A DNA stretch of 45,228 nt, taken from positions 1 to 45,228 of the forward strand of contig SKKM01000023.1 in the NCBI GenBank assembly GCA_007121485.1, written 5' to 3'. Under the pieces are notes generated by a model that saw only the letters and a program-made list of their open reading frames with translations, had not been told where the DNA came from and made no database searches. Position numbers and translations under genes: made by a program. Below are positions 35,450-45,228 of this stretch, one piece after another; within the stretch, counting starts at the first letter, position 1, and each line of letters opens with the position of its first letter. The DNA comes from Wenzhouxiangella sp. Lineage in GTDB: Bacteria > Pseudomonadota > Gammaproteobacteria > Xanthomonadales > Wenzhouxiangellaceae.

Positions 35450-36786
35450 GCCGCACCCAGCGCCTTGAGCAAGCCGCGCGCCTTGGCTTCGGTTTCCGCC
35501 AGTTCCGCCGCCGGGTCGGAGTCGGCCACGATGCCGGCGCCGGTACGGAAGCTGAGCCCCGAGCCGGACACGGCCATGGTGCGAATCAGGATGTTCAGAT
35601 CCATGACGCCATGCAGGCTCACATAGCCCATGGAACCGGTGTAAAAACCCCGCCCGCAGCCCTCGAGCTCGGCGATGATTTCCATGCAGCGCACCTTGGG
35701 ACACCCGGTGATGGTCCCGCCCGGAAACACGGCGCCGATGACGTCGACCGGCGTGACGCCGGGGCGCAGACAACCGCGTACGTTGGAAACGATGTGGTGC
35801 ACGTGCGCGTAGGACTCAACCACCATCAGTTCATCGACCTCCACGCTGCCGTGCACGCAAACCCGGCCGAGGTCATTGCGCTCGAGATCGATCAGCATGA
35901 TGTGCTCGGCGCGTTCCTTGGGATGGGCGATCAGTTCGCTGCTCAGGTCCCGGTCGGTGGTCCGGCAGGCGCTGCGCGGACGTGTTCCGGCAATCGGCCG
36001 GGTATGGACCCGGTCGCCGCAGGCGCCGACCAGGCGCTCCGGTGAAGAGCTGACCACGGTGCCGCCGGGCAGGCGTGCCAGGCCTGCGAAAGGCGCCGGG
36101 TTGGCCCGGGACAGGGCACGATAGACGGCCACGGGGCACAGCGGCGCCTGGGCGGCGGCGCGCCAGCCGCGCGACAGATTGACCTGGAAGACGTCTCCGG
36201 CCAGAATCCACTCCCTGATCCGCCGGACACCGTGCATGAAGTCGTCGCCGGGATCGGCCTCGAGCCGCAGCGCCGGCAAGGTCTGTATTTCCGCGAGCCC
36301 GGTACTCCGCCCCCCGGCCTTCGTCAGCGCCGCATGCATCTCGTCGATCAGCGACTCGGACTCGCCCACCAGCCAGGCGACGCCGCGCTCGTGATCAATG
36401 ACGATCGCGCCCGGGCAACGCGCGGCCAGGGCGACCGGCAGACCGTCGCCGGACGCGGGCAGACGCAGGCGGTGCTCGATGCCGGCGGCCAGTTCATAGC
36501 CCAGGTAGAGGAACCAGCCGCCAAGAAACGGCAAGGGCGGCAGTGCGGGGTCCGGATGCGCCAGCGGACCGACACGTGCCCGCAATTCGTCAAGAAAGGC
36601 GGTGGCGTCGGCGCCGTGTTCGGCCTGGATGATTTCGCCACGCCGGTGAAGCAGAAGGCTCCAGCGCCCCAGGCGCCCACCGTGCACCTCGCTGCCCAGC
36701 AGATAAGGCCAAAAGTCGGGAGCGTGTTGATGGACGGCCGGGAGGTCCGGCAGGCTATCAAGTCGACGAGCCGCGAACCGGATCAT
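35446..36786 (-). CDS. pabB: Aminodeoxychorismate synthase component I
   Basis: GDVFQVNLS, SSPER, RPIAGT, KERAEHIMLIDLERND, FPGGTITGCPK; adjacent to pabC. Confidence 0.88.
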   Translation of the reverse strand: MIRFAARRLDSLPDLPAVHQHAPDFWPYLLGSEVHGGRLGRWSLLLHRRGEIIQAEHGADATAFLDELRARVGPLAHPDPALPPLPFLGGWFLYLGYELAAGIEHRLRLPASGDGLPVALAARCPGAIVIDHERGVAWLVGESESLIDEMHAALTKAGGRSTGLAEIQTLPALRLEADPGDDFMHGVRRIREWILAGDVFQVNLSRGWRAAAQAPLCPVAVYRALSRANPAPFAGLARLPGGTVVSSSPERLVGACGDRVHTRPIAGTRPRSACRTTDRDLSSELIAHPKERAEHIMLIDLERNDLGRVCVHGSVEVDELMVVESYAHVHHIVSNVRGCLRPGVTPVDVIGAVFPGGTITGCPKVRCMEIIAELEGCGRGFYTGSMGYVSLHGVMDLNILIRTMAVSGSGLSFRTGAGIVADSDPAAELAETEAKARGLLKALGAA

Positions 36787-36819
36787 GCGAGGCGCTGGCT
36801 GAACTGGACCAGCTGCGGG

Positions 36820-38070
36820 CTACGCCGGGTATCTGCGCAGCAGCAGGCTGCCGTTGGTGCCACCGAAACCGAAGGAATTGCTCAGGCCGTATTCCAGACG
36901 GGCGTCCCGCGCCGTGCCCGGCACCAGGTCGATGCCTTCGCAGCCGCTGTCGACCTGGTCGAGATTGATGGTCGGCGGAACCACCTGTTCGTGCAGCGCC
37001 AGCACAGTGAAAATGGCTTCGACGCCGCCGGCGGCGCCGAGCAGGTGTCCGGTCATGGACTTGGTCGAGCTCATCATGAGGCGGCCGGCATGGTCGCCGA
37101 AGATTCGCTTGACAGCCTCGCACTCGGCCCGGTCACCCAACTGGGTGGAGGTGCCGTGGGCGTTGATGTAATCGACCTGGTCGGGATGGACCCCGGCGTC
37201 GGCCAGCGCATTGACCATGCAGCGCGCGGCTCCCTCGCCTCCTTCCGGCGGTGAGGTCATGTGGTAAGCGTCGCCGGACATGCCGAACCCGACGACTTCG
37301 GCATAGATTCGCGCCCCACGCCTGGTCGCATGCTCAAGCTCCTCGAGGACCACGACGCCGGCGCCGTTACTGAGCACGAAACCATCCCGGTCGCGATCCC
37401 AGGGCCGCGAGGCCCGTTCCGGCTCGTCGTTGCGGGTCGACAGCGCGCGGGCCGCCGTGAACCCGCCGTAGGCGGTCGGGGTGGTGCCGTACTCGGCTCC
37501 GCCGGCGACCATGACCTCGGCGTCGCCATAGGCGATCAGCCTGGCCGCGGCGCCGATGTTGTGGGTCGCCGTGGTGCAGGCGGTCACGATGCTCAGGTTC
37601 GGACCCTTGTAGCCGTAGCGGATCGAGATATTGCCGGCAATCATGTTGATGATGCAGCCGGGCACGAAAAACGGCGAGATCCGGCGCGGACCGCTGTCGA
37701 TGTAGGTCTGGTAGGTCTGTTCGATGGTCGAGATGCCACCGATGCCCGAGCCGATGGCGAGGCCGTAGCGGTCGGCCGTCTCGGGATGTTCCGGCAAGCC
37801 CGCATCGGCGACGGCCTGGATGGAGGCCACCATGCCGTAGTGGATGAAGGGATCCGACTTGCGCGCTTCCTTGGCGCTCAGGTAGGGGTCCAGGTCCAGT
37901 CCGCGAATTTCTCCGGCGATCCTGGCCGGGAAGGCGCTGGCATCGAAGGCCGACAGCGGGCCGATGCCGCTGCGGCCGTTCTTGACCGCATGCCAGGCGC
38001 TGTCCACGTCATTGCCGACCGGCGTGACGCAGCCCAGCCCGGTCACCACGACCCGGCGCTCACCGCGCAT
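36820..38070 (-). CDS. fabF: 3-oxoacyl-ACP synthase II
   Basis: [36 protein letters not shown]; start ATG 38070. Confidence 0.97.
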   Translation of the reverse strand: MRGERRVVVTGLGCVTPVGNDVDSAWHAVKNGRSGIGPLSAFDASAFPARIAGEIRGLDLDPYLSAKEARKSDPFIHYGMVASIQAVADAGLPEHPETADRYGLAIGSGIGGISTIEQTYQTYIDSGPRRISPFFVPGCIINMIAGNISIRYGYKGPNLSIVTACTTATHNIGAAARLIAYGDAEVMVAGGAEYGTTPTAYGGFTAARALSTRNDEPERASRPWDRDRDGFVLSNGAGVVVLEELEHATRRGARIYAEVVGFGMSGDAYHMTSPPEGGEGAARCMVNALADAGVHPDQVDYINAHGTSTQLGDRAECEAVKRIFGDHAGRLMMSSTKSMTGHLLGAAGGVEAIFTVLALHEQVVPPTINLDQVDSGCEGIDLVPGTARDARLEYGLSNSFGFGGTNGSLLLRRYPA

Positions 38071-38130
38071 GGCGATGAGGCCGGGCAAAGAACGGGGACA
38101 GCGGCATCATGCAGCGTCAGGACCTTGGTC

Positions 38131-38370
38131 TTACTTTTCGACGTTGTTGCTGATGTAGTCGATCGCCTGCTGCACGGTGGTGATTTTCTCGGCTTCCTCG
38201 TCGGGAATCTCGCACTCGAATTCTTCTTCCAGCGCCATCACCAGCTCGACCGTGTCCAGCGAGTCGGCTCCGAGATCATCGACGAAGGAGGCGCTGGGAG
38301 TGACTTCCTCTTCCTTGACGCCCAGCTGTTCGATCACGATTTTCTTGACCCGATCTTCAATACTGCTCAT
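38131..38370 (-). CDS. acpP: Acyl carrier protein
   Basis: [14 protein letters not shown]; GAGGA RBS. Confidence 0.98.
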   Translation of the reverse strand: MSSIEDRVKKIVIEQLGVKEEEVTPSASFVDDLGADSLDTVELVMALEEEFECEIPDEEAEKITTVQQAIDYISNNVEK

Positions 38371-38536
38371 GGTTTTCTGTCCTCTGGAAACAATGATTTT
38401 CGGCAGGCACCGGTCAGCTGGATGGCTGCGATACCGCCACTCGTGAGTTACCCTTGAACCCCGTGGGCCGGAGCCCTTTTTCTGCTTTTTGCGTGTCGTT
38501 GGTTGATGAACCCGATTTCCGGCGACCGGTCCTCGG

Positions 38537-39274
38537 CTAGGTCATGTACATCCCGCCGTTGACGTGGACGGTCTGGCCCGAGATGTAGCCTCCGTCCGGT
38601 CCGGCCAGGAAAGCAACGCAGCCGGCGACATCCTCCGGCCGCCCCAGAATTCCGAGGGGAATTGTACCCTGTAGCCGCTCGCGCTGTTGGTCGCTGAGCG
38701 CGCGCGTCATATCCGTATCGATGAATCCCGGCGCCACGACATTGACGGTGATGCCGCGGCTGCCGACTTCATGGGCGAGCGCGCGCGAGAAGCCCGCCAG
38801 TCCGGCCTTGGCCGCGGCGTAGTTAGTCTGGCCCGGGTTGCCGGCATAGCCGACCACGGACGAAATGCTGATGATGCGGCCCCGGCGGGCCTTCAGCATC
38901 CCGCGCAAACAGGCCCGGGTCACCCGCATGCAGCCCTTGAGGTTGGCGTCCAGCACCGCATCCCAATCCTCGTCCTTGAGGCGCATCAGCAACTGGTCGC
39001 GAGTAATTGCCGCGTTGTTGACCAGGACGCTGACCGCTCCGGCCCGCGCGCCGACCGCCTCGACCGCGGCCTCGACCGAATTGGCATCGGTGACGTCCAG
39101 CACCAGTCCGCGGCCTTCGCCAAGTTCGGCGGCGATGGCCTCGGCGCCCCGCTCAGAGGTGGCCGTGCCGAACACGCTGGCGCCCTCGGCGTGCAGCCGA
39201 CGGGCCACGGCCTGGCCGATCCCACGGCTGGCCCCGGTTACCAGAACCACCTGATCATTGAATGCGCTCGTCAT
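38537..39274 (-). CDS. fabG: 3-oxoacyl-ACP reductase
   Basis: [20 protein letters not shown]. Confidence 0.96.
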   Translation of the reverse strand: MTSAFNDQVVLVTGASRGIGQAVARRLHAEGASVFGTATSERGAEAIAAELGEGRGLVLDVTDANSVEAAVEAVGARAGAVSVLVNNAAITRDQLLMRLKDEDWDAVLDANLKGCMRVTRACLRGMLKARRGRIISISSVVGYAGNPGQTNYAAAKAGLAGFSRALAHEVGSRGITVNVVAPGFIDTDMTRALSDQQRERLQGTIPLGILGRPEDVAGCVAFLAGPDGGYISGQTVHVNGGMYMT

Positions 39275-40236
39275 GACGGTGCCGTTTCTCCATCCAGGTC
39301 CAGATTCAGCAGCCCCTGCATCCCGGCCGGGGTATCCAGGGCCAGCCAGAGGGCGTCCCGGTCGATGCGCTTACCCAATGCGCTCAACACCTTGCCCGGC
39401 CCGCATTCGGCGAACGCGGTCGCGCCACGGGCCCGCAGCGCGCGAACGGTCGCCGTCCAGCGCACCGGCGCGCACAGTTGCGCGGCCAGCGCCGATCGGA
39501 TGCCGTCGACCGTATCGTGCGTACGCAGATCGGCGTTGTGCACCACCGGAATCCGCGGGGCCGCGATGGCCACGTCGGATAGCAGGGCCTGCAGACCCTT
39601 GGCCGCGGGCGCCATCAGGGCGCAGTGCGAGGGCACGCTGACCGGCAGCTTCATGGCCCGCCGGGCGCCGGCCGCCTGGCAGGCGTGCATCGCCCGTTCA
39701 ACCGCCTCGCTGGCGCCGGCAATCACGACCTGGCCCGGCGAATTGTAATTGGCGGCGGACACGACCTGTTGCTCGGCGACCTCGCGGCAGATGGCTTCCA
39801 CGGTCTCGTCGTCCAGGCCAAGAATGGCCGCCATCGCGCCCTCATCCGCCGGCACGGCAGCCTGCATCAGGCGGGCGCGCTCGGCCACCACGCGCAGGGC
39901 GACGTCGAACTCCAGGCTTTCGGCAGCGACCAGCGCCGTGAATTCGCCCAGGCTATGTCCGGCGAGCATGGACGGCCGCGCCTCGCTCAGCGACGACCAC
40001 GCGCGCCACAGGGCGACGCCGCCGGTCAACATCAGGGGCTGCGTCAGCTCGGTGCGCCCCAGGGCATCGGCTGGCCCCTTGCACACCAGTTCCCAAAGGT
40101 CCTGAGCCAGCACGGAACTGGCTTCATCGAAGGTGGCAACGATCTGCGGATACTCTGCCGCCGCCTCGGCCAGCATGCCGACGGACTGCGAACCCTGACC
40201 GGGAAAAATGAACGCGAGATTCTGGATTGTATCCAT
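39271..40236 (-). CDS. fabD: Malonyl-CoA:ACP transacylase
   Basis: FPGQGSQ, TQP, GHSLGE, VSVPSH; true start ATG 40236 (the ORF-track version is over-extended). Confidence 0.96.
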   Translation of the reverse strand: MDTIQNLAFIFPGQGSQSVGMLAEAAAEYPQIVATFDEASSVLAQDLWELVCKGPADALGRTELTQPLMLTGGVALWRAWSSLSEARPSMLAGHSLGEFTALVAAESLEFDVALRVVAERARLMQAAVPADEGAMAAILGLDDETVEAICREVAEQQVVSAANYNSPGQVVIAGASEAVERAMHACQAAGARRAMKLPVSVPSHCALMAPAAKGLQALLSDVAIAAPRIPVVHNADLRTHDTVDGIRSALAAQLCAPVRWTATVRALRARGATAFAECGPGKVLSALGKRIDRDALWLALDTPAGMQGLLNLDLDGETAPS

Positions 40237-40262
40237 TGATATCAGTGTGTTGCCGCGTTTAT

Positions 40263-41228
40263 CTAGAAAACGACCAAGGCGGAGCCCCAGGTGAAGCCGC
40301 CGCCGAAGGCTTCCAGCAGCAGCTTGTCGCCGCGCTTGACCCGGCCGCTGCGGACGGCCTCGTCCAGGGCCAGCGGCACCGATGCCGCCGAGGTGTTGCC
40401 GTGCCGGTCGACCGTGACGATGACCTGGTCCATCGACATCTGCAGCTTTCTTGCCGTGGCCTTGATGATGCGGAGATTGGCCTGATGCGGTATCAGCCAG
40501 TCCAGGTCGGACTTGTCCAGCTGGTTGGCTTCCAGGGTCTCGTCGACGATGCGCCCCAGCGTGTTGACGGCGACCTTGAACACCTCGTTGCCGCTCATGT
40601 GCACGCTCAATCCGCCCCTGGGCTCGGCCTTGAAGCCCCTGGACACGCCAACCTCTACCTTGAGCAGATCGCTGTAGCCGCCATTGGCGTGGATGTGCGT
40701 GGACAGAATGCCCGGCTCGCTGTCGGCGCAAAGCACGGCAGCCCCGGCCCCGTCGCCGAACAGCACGCAAGTCGACCGGTCCGTCCAGTCGAGCATCCGG
40801 GTCAGGGTTTCGGCACCGACGACCAGCACTTTTCGGACCGTCCCGGCCCGGATGAACTGGTCGGCGACCGACAAGCCGTAGATGAAGCCCGTGCAGGCGG
40901 CGTTGACGTCGAAGGCGCCGCATTCGCCCAGTCCCAGCCGGCGCTGCAACAGGCAGGCGGTCGAAGGGAAGACCACGTCCGGCGTGGTGGTGCCGACGAT
41001 GAGCAAATCGATCTCTTTCGGGTCGACTCCGGCCGCCTCGAGCGCGCCGCGGGCAGCCTGCTCGGCCAGGTCGCAGGTGGTCTGGCCGTCCGCGGCGATC
41101 CGCCGCTCGACGATTCCGGTACGCTCGCGAATCCACTGGTCGTCGGTGTCGACGAGGGCTTCGAGATCCTTGTTGGTCAGGATTTTTTCAGGCAGGTAGC
41201 TGCCGGTTCCGACAATTCGAGAATACAC
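40263..41228 (-). CDS. fabH: 3-oxoacyl-ACP synthase III
   Basis: AACTGF, FGDGAGA, PHQAN, GNTSAAS. Confidence 0.97.
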   Translation of the reverse strand: MYSRIVGTGSYLPEKILTNKDLEALVDTDDQWIRERTGIVERRIAADGQTTCDLAEQAARGALEAAGVDPKEIDLLIVGTTTPDVVFPSTACLLQRRLGLGECGAFDVNAACTGFIYGLSVADQFIRAGTVRKVLVVGAETLTRMLDWTDRSTCVLFGDGAGAAVLCADSEPGILSTHIHANGGYSDLLKVEVGVSRGFKAEPRGGLSVHMSGNEVFKVAVNTLGRIVDETLEANQLDKSDLDWLIPHQANLRIIKATARKLQMSMDQVIVTVDRHGNTSAASVPLALDEAVRSGRVKRGDKLLLEAFGGGFTWGSALVVF

Positions 41229-41255
41229 TTCGACTCCCTGTGTACGGGTCGATTT

Positions 41256-42251
41256 TTAGTCTGCGACCCACAGATGCGCCGCCATGGCGGCGCTGAGATC
41301 GCGCCGCGCCTCCAGCGCGCCCAGGGTGATGGCATGGGCCAGGCCCTCTGCCGTTGCGGCGCCGTGGCTTTTGATCACGGTACCGCGCACACCCAGCAAT
41401 GGCGCCCCATTATGCCGGGATGGGTCCAGGCTGTCATTCAATCGTCGCAAGCGCGGCCGAGCCATGTAACCGCACAGGCTACCGGCGAAGCTGGTTTTCA
41501 GCTGGCCGAACATCAGCCGGATCGCCCCCTCGGCGCTTTTCAGGAGGACATTGCCGGAGAATCCGTCGCAGACGACCAGGTCGACCGCTCCGTCAAAAAC
41601 GCGATTCGCTTCGATGAAGCCCTGGTAGTCAATGTCGGGGTCGGCCGCCAGGCGGCGACCCGCCTCGCGGATCGCATCCGGGCCCTTGCCGGGTTCGCTG
41701 CCGATATTGAGCAAGGCAATGGCCGGCGCCCGCCCGTTCACTGTACCCAGCGCGACATGGCCGAGACGGGCGAACTCGCACAGGCGATCGGCATCGACCT
41801 GGATGTTGGCACCGAGATCGAGCATCCAGGTCAGGCCGCTGGCGGTGGGGATCGCCGCCATCAGCGCGGGGCGCTCGATGCCCGGCAGCATGCCCAGCAC
41901 GTGCCGGGCCAGCACCATCAGCGCGCCGGTACCGCCGCTGCTGACCGCGGCTGAAGCGGCACGGTCGTGAACCGCCTGCAGCGCGGTCGCCATGGAACTG
42001 TCCCGGCCGTGGCGCAGAGCCAGGGCCGGGCCGGCGTCGGCAGCCAGGACGGAGTTCGACGGGCGCACGGAAACGCGCTCATTGAGGCCGGCAGGCCAGC
42101 TTGCGCAGGCCGCCTCCAGCGGTTCCGGCTCGCCGCACAGCAGGACGTGCAGGGTCGGGTCGCCCAGCAGCGCCTGGCGACAGCCTTCGAGGTTGATGTC
42201 GCTGCCGCCGTCGCCGCTCATGGCGTCTACGGCGACGGTAATCGACTTCAT
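41256..42251 (-). CDS. plsX: Phosphate acyltransferase PlsX
   Basis: VDAMSGD, DSSM, RPAL, LDLGAN, CDGFSGN, KSHG; lies between rpmF and fabH. Confidence 0.92.
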   Translation of the reverse strand: MKSITVAVDAMSGDGGSDINLEGCRQALLGDPTLHVLLCGEPEPLEAACASWPAGLNERVSVRPSNSVLAADAGPALALRHGRDSSMATALQAVHDRAASAAVSSGGTGALMVLARHVLGMLPGIERPALMAAIPTASGLTWMLDLGANIQVDADRLCEFARLGHVALGTVNGRAPAIALLNIGSEPGKGPDAIREAGRRLAADPDIDYQGFIEANRVFDGAVDLVVCDGFSGNVLLKSAEGAIRLMFGQLKTSFAGSLCGYMARPRLRRLNDSLDPSRHNGAPLLGVRGTVIKSHGAATAEGLAHAITLGALEARRDLSAAMAAHLWVAD

Positions 42252-42279
42252 GCGGCGTATTGCAAGGCCGCGCGCGGCC

Positions 42280-42480
42280 TCAGGCCTCTTCGTCTTCCTC
42301 GATCTCGGGGGCTACCTCGATGACCTGGCGGCCACGATAAAAGCCCTCCGGAGAGACGTGGTGACGGCGATGCGTTTCACCGGTGCTCGACTCTTCCGAC
42401 AACGTCGGTGCTTTCAGGTGGTCGTGAGAGCGGCGCATGCCGCGCTTGGACGGGGTCTTTCGGCTTTTCTGGACAGCCAT
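42280..42480 (-). CDS. rpmF: 50S ribosomal protein L32 (Cys-free form)
   Basis: [29 protein letters not shown]. Confidence 0.97.
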   Translation of the reverse strand: MAVQKSRKTPSKRGMRRSHDHLKAPTLSEESSTGETHRRHHVSPEGFYRGRQVIEVAPEIEEDEEA

Positions 42481-42486
42481 GGTGAA

Positions 42487-43011
42487 TCACTCCTGCTTGA
42501 ACGGGTCGACATCCGCCTTCGTGGCCAGTTCGGCCAACCCGGCAAACGGTTTGTAAGTCTCGGCCACGGCCGGTCGGCCATCGCCTACCGGCTTCGAATC
42601 CGGAGCGCGCGGAACCAGCGGCAGCCCCAGTAGTATTTCTTCGCATACCAGGTCTTCGAGGCTGATTCGAGCGTCCTCGACCAGCAGCGGCTCGTAATCT
42701 TCCGGCAGCGCATCCGCTGCCTGCTCGTCAGTCACCAGGCCCAGCACCGAACGGCTGTCGATTTCATGGCCGTAGGCTCGCAGGCTGCGCTGACACAGCA
42801 GCGGAACCGTGCCACTCACGTGCACTTCAGCCCTGACCTGTCCGTGCTCGTCCAGACCGAAGACGACGTGGAAGGCGATCTCGGCATCGCCTGGATCGTC
42901 CAGAACGTCTTGCAGACGCTCCATTCGGGCCAGTGGCATGGTGCCGGCGAATTCTCGCCGCGCCTGGGCCGCCTTCCTCGGGTGAATCCAGTCCGGGTAG
43001 TCTCGCGACAT
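42487..43011 (-). CDS. yceD: YceD/DUF177 family protein
   Basis: CQRSL, LPEDYEP, EEILLGLP, KPFAGL; upstream of rpmF; start ATG 43011. Confidence 0.92.
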   Translation of the reverse strand: MSRDYPDWIHPRKAAQARREFAGTMPLARMERLQDVLDDPGDAEIAFHVVFGLDEHGQVRAEVHVSGTVPLLCQRSLRAYGHEIDSRSVLGLVTDEQAADALPEDYEPLLVEDARISLEDLVCEEILLGLPLVPRAPDSKPVGDGRPAVAETYKPFAGLAELATKADVDPFKQE

Positions 43012-43020
43012 AAGCCGGCC

Positions 43021-43050
43021 ATTGTACCATTGAGGCCAGTCTGTACACAA
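43021..43050 (-). promoter_or_regulatory. Putative sigma70 promoter of yceD-rpmF-plsX-fab with GC-rich discriminator
   Basis: TTGTGT, 18 nt, TG-G-TACAAT, then GGCCGGCTT and ATG. Confidence 0.6.
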
Positions 43051-43083
43051 TCCACAAAAAGCGCCGGGAGCACGTTCAGGGAA

Positions 43084-43653
43084 ATGGAACTCATATTGGC
43101 ATCAAGCTCCGTCTATCGCCGGCAACTGCTCGAGCGACTCGATCTTCGGTTCGAATCCATTTCCCCGGACGTCGACGAAACACCGCTGCAGGGAGAACCC
43201 GCAGCCGCCCTGGCCGAACGCCTGGCCTGCCTGAAAGCCCGCACGGTCGCGCGGCAGCGGCCGGGCACGCTCGTCATCGGCTCCGACCAGGTCGCCGAGT
43301 GTCGCGGCCGGCTGCTGGGCAAGCCCGGCTCCGAAGCCCTGGCCCTGGCCCAGCTGCAGTTCATGCGCGGCGCCGAGGTGTCTTTCCAGACCGCCGTGGC
43401 CGTGGCGCGCGACGAGACCGTTCACAGCGAGGTGGTGCCCACCCGGGTGCGCCTGCGTGAACTCGGCGATAGACAGCTCGAGCGCTACATCGCGCGCGAG
43501 AGACCCATCGACTGCGCCGGGGCCTTCAAGAGCGAAAGCGGCGGCATCGCCCTGCTGGAATGCATCCGGAGCGATGATCCGACCGCCCTGATCGGCCTGC
43601 CGCTGATTGCGACCATCCGTCTGCTGGGGAAATTCGGACTGGATTTGCCCTGA
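43084..43653 (+). CDS. yceF: Maf family nucleotide pyrophosphatase, YceF type
   Basis: LILASSSVYR, DVDE, GSDQV, GKP, CAGAFKSE, LIGLP; divergent from yceD. Confidence 0.9.
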   Translation: MELILASSSVYRRQLLERLDLRFESISPDVDETPLQGEPAAALAERLACLKARTVARQRPGTLVIGSDQVAECRGRLLGKPGSEALALAQLQFMRGAEVSFQTAVAVARDETVHSEVVPTRVRLRELGDRQLERYIARERPIDCAGAFKSESGGIALLECIRSDDPTALIGLPLIATIRLLGKFGLDLP

Positions 43654-43743
43654 AAGCCGTTTCCCGCGTTGGCTCGATCGCCCTGAGAAAGGGGCTGGAA
43701 ATGCTAATATGGTTTCCATACGCCCCTGAATGGAAGAACAGTC

Positions 43744-45228
43744 ATGGCCGCATCGCCATCCGCACCGAACGCTTTCCGGCATTGGTCTCTCCGGCACGAC
43801 ATCGACGGCATTGCCTGGCTTTGCATTGATCGCGGCGATGAGAAGGTCAACAGCCTGGGCACCGAAGTGCTGTCGGAACTGGAACGCATCGTCAGCGCAC
43901 TGGAAACCGACAAGCCTGCCGGGCTGGTGCTGATGTCCGGCAAGCCCGGAAGCTTCATCGTCGGCGCCGATGTTCGTGAGTTCGACGCGACCAGCGAGGT
44001 CAGCGTGCTCGAGGACAACGTGCGCAAGGTGCATGGCCTGTTCCAGCGCATCGAAGACCTGCCCTTCCCAACGGTGGTGGCGTTCGAAGGCTACTGCCTC
44101 GGTGGCGGCCTGGAACTGGCCCTGTGCTTCGACTGGCGCATCGCGCTGGACGCCGACCACACCCGCATCGGTTTCCCGGAAGTCAACCTCGGGATCTATC
44201 CCGGATTCGGCGGATCCGGACGCGCCATCGCCGCGATCGGTGCGGTCAAGGCCATGCAGATCATGCTGACCGGCCGCATGCTCAGGGCGCGGGCGGCCCG
44301 CTCCCTGGGGCTGGTCGATCAGGTCGTCGACGTGCACGGCTCGCTGCGCTGGGCGGCGCGCAACGCCGTGATGCGCAAGAAACGCCACAAGCGCCCCGGG
44401 CTGTTCGACCGCCTGGGCTCGGCCGGCCCGGCGCGCGGATTCCTGGCCAAGCAGATGCGCAAGCAGGTCGCGTCGCGGGCGCGGCGGGAACACTACCCGG
44501 CACCCTATGAGCTGATCGACGCCTTCGAATCCAGCGGTCATTCGCAGGCGGCCATGATCCGCCTGGAGGCGGAAAAAGTGCCCCGCCTGCTGGCCGGTGA
44601 CACCTCGCGCAACCTGCGCCGGGTCTTCCGGCTGATGGAACAACTCAAGAGCCAGGGCAAGCGCTCCTCGTTCAAGGCCCGGCGCGTGCACGTCATCGGC
44701 GCCGGCGTCATGGGCGGTGACATTGCCGCCTGGTGTGCCGTTCGCGGACTCGAGGTGACGCTGCAGGACCGCGAGATGAAATACATCGAGCCTGCTTTAA
44801 AGCGCGCCACAAGCCTGTTCAAGCGCAAGCTCAAGAAACCGGAGGCGGTCGCAGCGGCGCAGCAGCGCCTGGTCGCCGATGTCGAAGGACGCGGGGTCGA
44901 GCGCGCCGACGTCATCATCGAGGCCATCTTCGAAAACCGCGACGCCAAGCGCGAGCTGTTCGCCGGCCTGAAGGGCAAGGTCGCCGACCACGCGATCATC
45001 GCCACCAACACTTCGGCCATCCCGCTGGCCGAACTGGCCGACGTGCTCGATGACCCATCCCGGCTGATCGGCCTGCATTTCTTCAACCCCGTGGCCAAGA
45101 TGCCGCTGGTGGAAATCGTGCACGACACCGGCAGCGACCCGGCCCGGGTCGACGATGGCTCCAGTTTCGCCACGCAGATCGGGAAATATGCCCTGCCGGT
45201 GACCTCCACGCCCGGCTTCCTGGTCAAC
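43744..45228 (+). CDS. fadJ: Fatty-acid oxidation multifunctional subunit (enoyl-CoA hydratase / 3-hydroxyacyl-CoA dehydrogenase), FadJ/FadB-like; runs off the window
   Basis: Not in the ORF track. Frame from ATG 43744: FIVGAD, CLGGGLE, PEVNLGIYPGFGG, VIGAGVMG, IEAIFE, ATNTS, GLHFFNP, PGFLVN. Confidence 0.88.
   Translation, partial: MAASPSAPNAFRHWSLRHDIDGIAWLCIDRGDEKVNSLGTEVLSELERIVSALETDKPAGLVLMSGKPGSFIVGADVREFDATSEVSVLEDNVRKVHGLFQRIEDLPFPTVVAFEGYCLGGGLELALCFDWRIALDADHTRIGFPEVNLGIYPGFGGSGRAIAAIGAVKAMQIMLTGRMLRARAARSLGLVDQVVDVHGSLRWAARNAVMRKKRHKRPGLFDRLGSAGPARGFLAKQMRKQVASRARREHYPAPYELIDAFESSGHSQAAMIRLEAEKVPRLLAGDTSRNLRRVFRLMEQLKSQGKRSSFKARRVHVIGAGVMGGDIAAWCAVRGLEVTLQDREMKYIEPALKRATSLFKRKLKKPEAVAAAQQRLVADVEGRGVERADVIIEAIFENRDAKRELFAGLKGKVADHAIIATNTSAIPLAELADVLDDPSRLIGLHFFNPVAKMPLVEIVHDTGSDPARVDDGSSFATQIGKYALPVTSTPGFLVN

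Noticed and set aside
9276-36786. A folate/pABA-glutamate system linking abgT, the GCS2 ligase and pabBC
   Set aside because: The genes are 7-16 kb apart in separate transcription units; nothing in the sequence links them.
1-45228. CRISPR arrays, tRNA/rRNA genes, REP families, RNR intein
   Set aside because: Intergenic gaps are all about 210 nt or less with no recurring units, and the NrdJ motifs run without an evident large insertion.

Overview
High-GC (roughly two-thirds G+C by eye) gammaproteobacterial chromosomal DNA, almost entirely core genome; gene content and order suggest a Wenzhouxiangella/Xanthomonadales-like organism (inference). Left to right: 5' part of a class II ribonucleotide reductase (nrdJ) with tandem NrdR boxes; trmL; gpsA-secB-rhodanese (minus); gpmI-envC-polysaccharide deacetylase (plus); a long minus-strand run putA-exeA/gspA-gspB-rhomboid-DUF1820-exported hypothetical-AbgT-sulfotransferase; a divergent aa3/caa3-type cytochrome c oxidase operon (DUF2244, coxB, coxA, a 44-aa small membrane ORF absent from the ORF track, ctaG, coxC); a convergent three-gene unit (GCS2-family ligase fused to CBS domains, NTF2-like lipoprotein, C-terminally shortened Lhr helicase); fadD; the conserved yceD-rpmF-plsX-fabHDG-acpP-fabF-pabB-pabC-mltG-tmk-holB-pilZ cluster ending in dinB; maf/yceF; and the 5' part of a fadJ-like gene. 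I saw no tRNA, rRNA, CRISPR array, transposase, integrase or phage gene. No clearly new system is demonstrable from sequence alone. The best candidates are the GCS2-CBS/lipoprotein/short-Lhr unit and the orphan ExeAB-rhomboid-DUF1820 module attached to putA. Family names come from motif recognition, not database searches.
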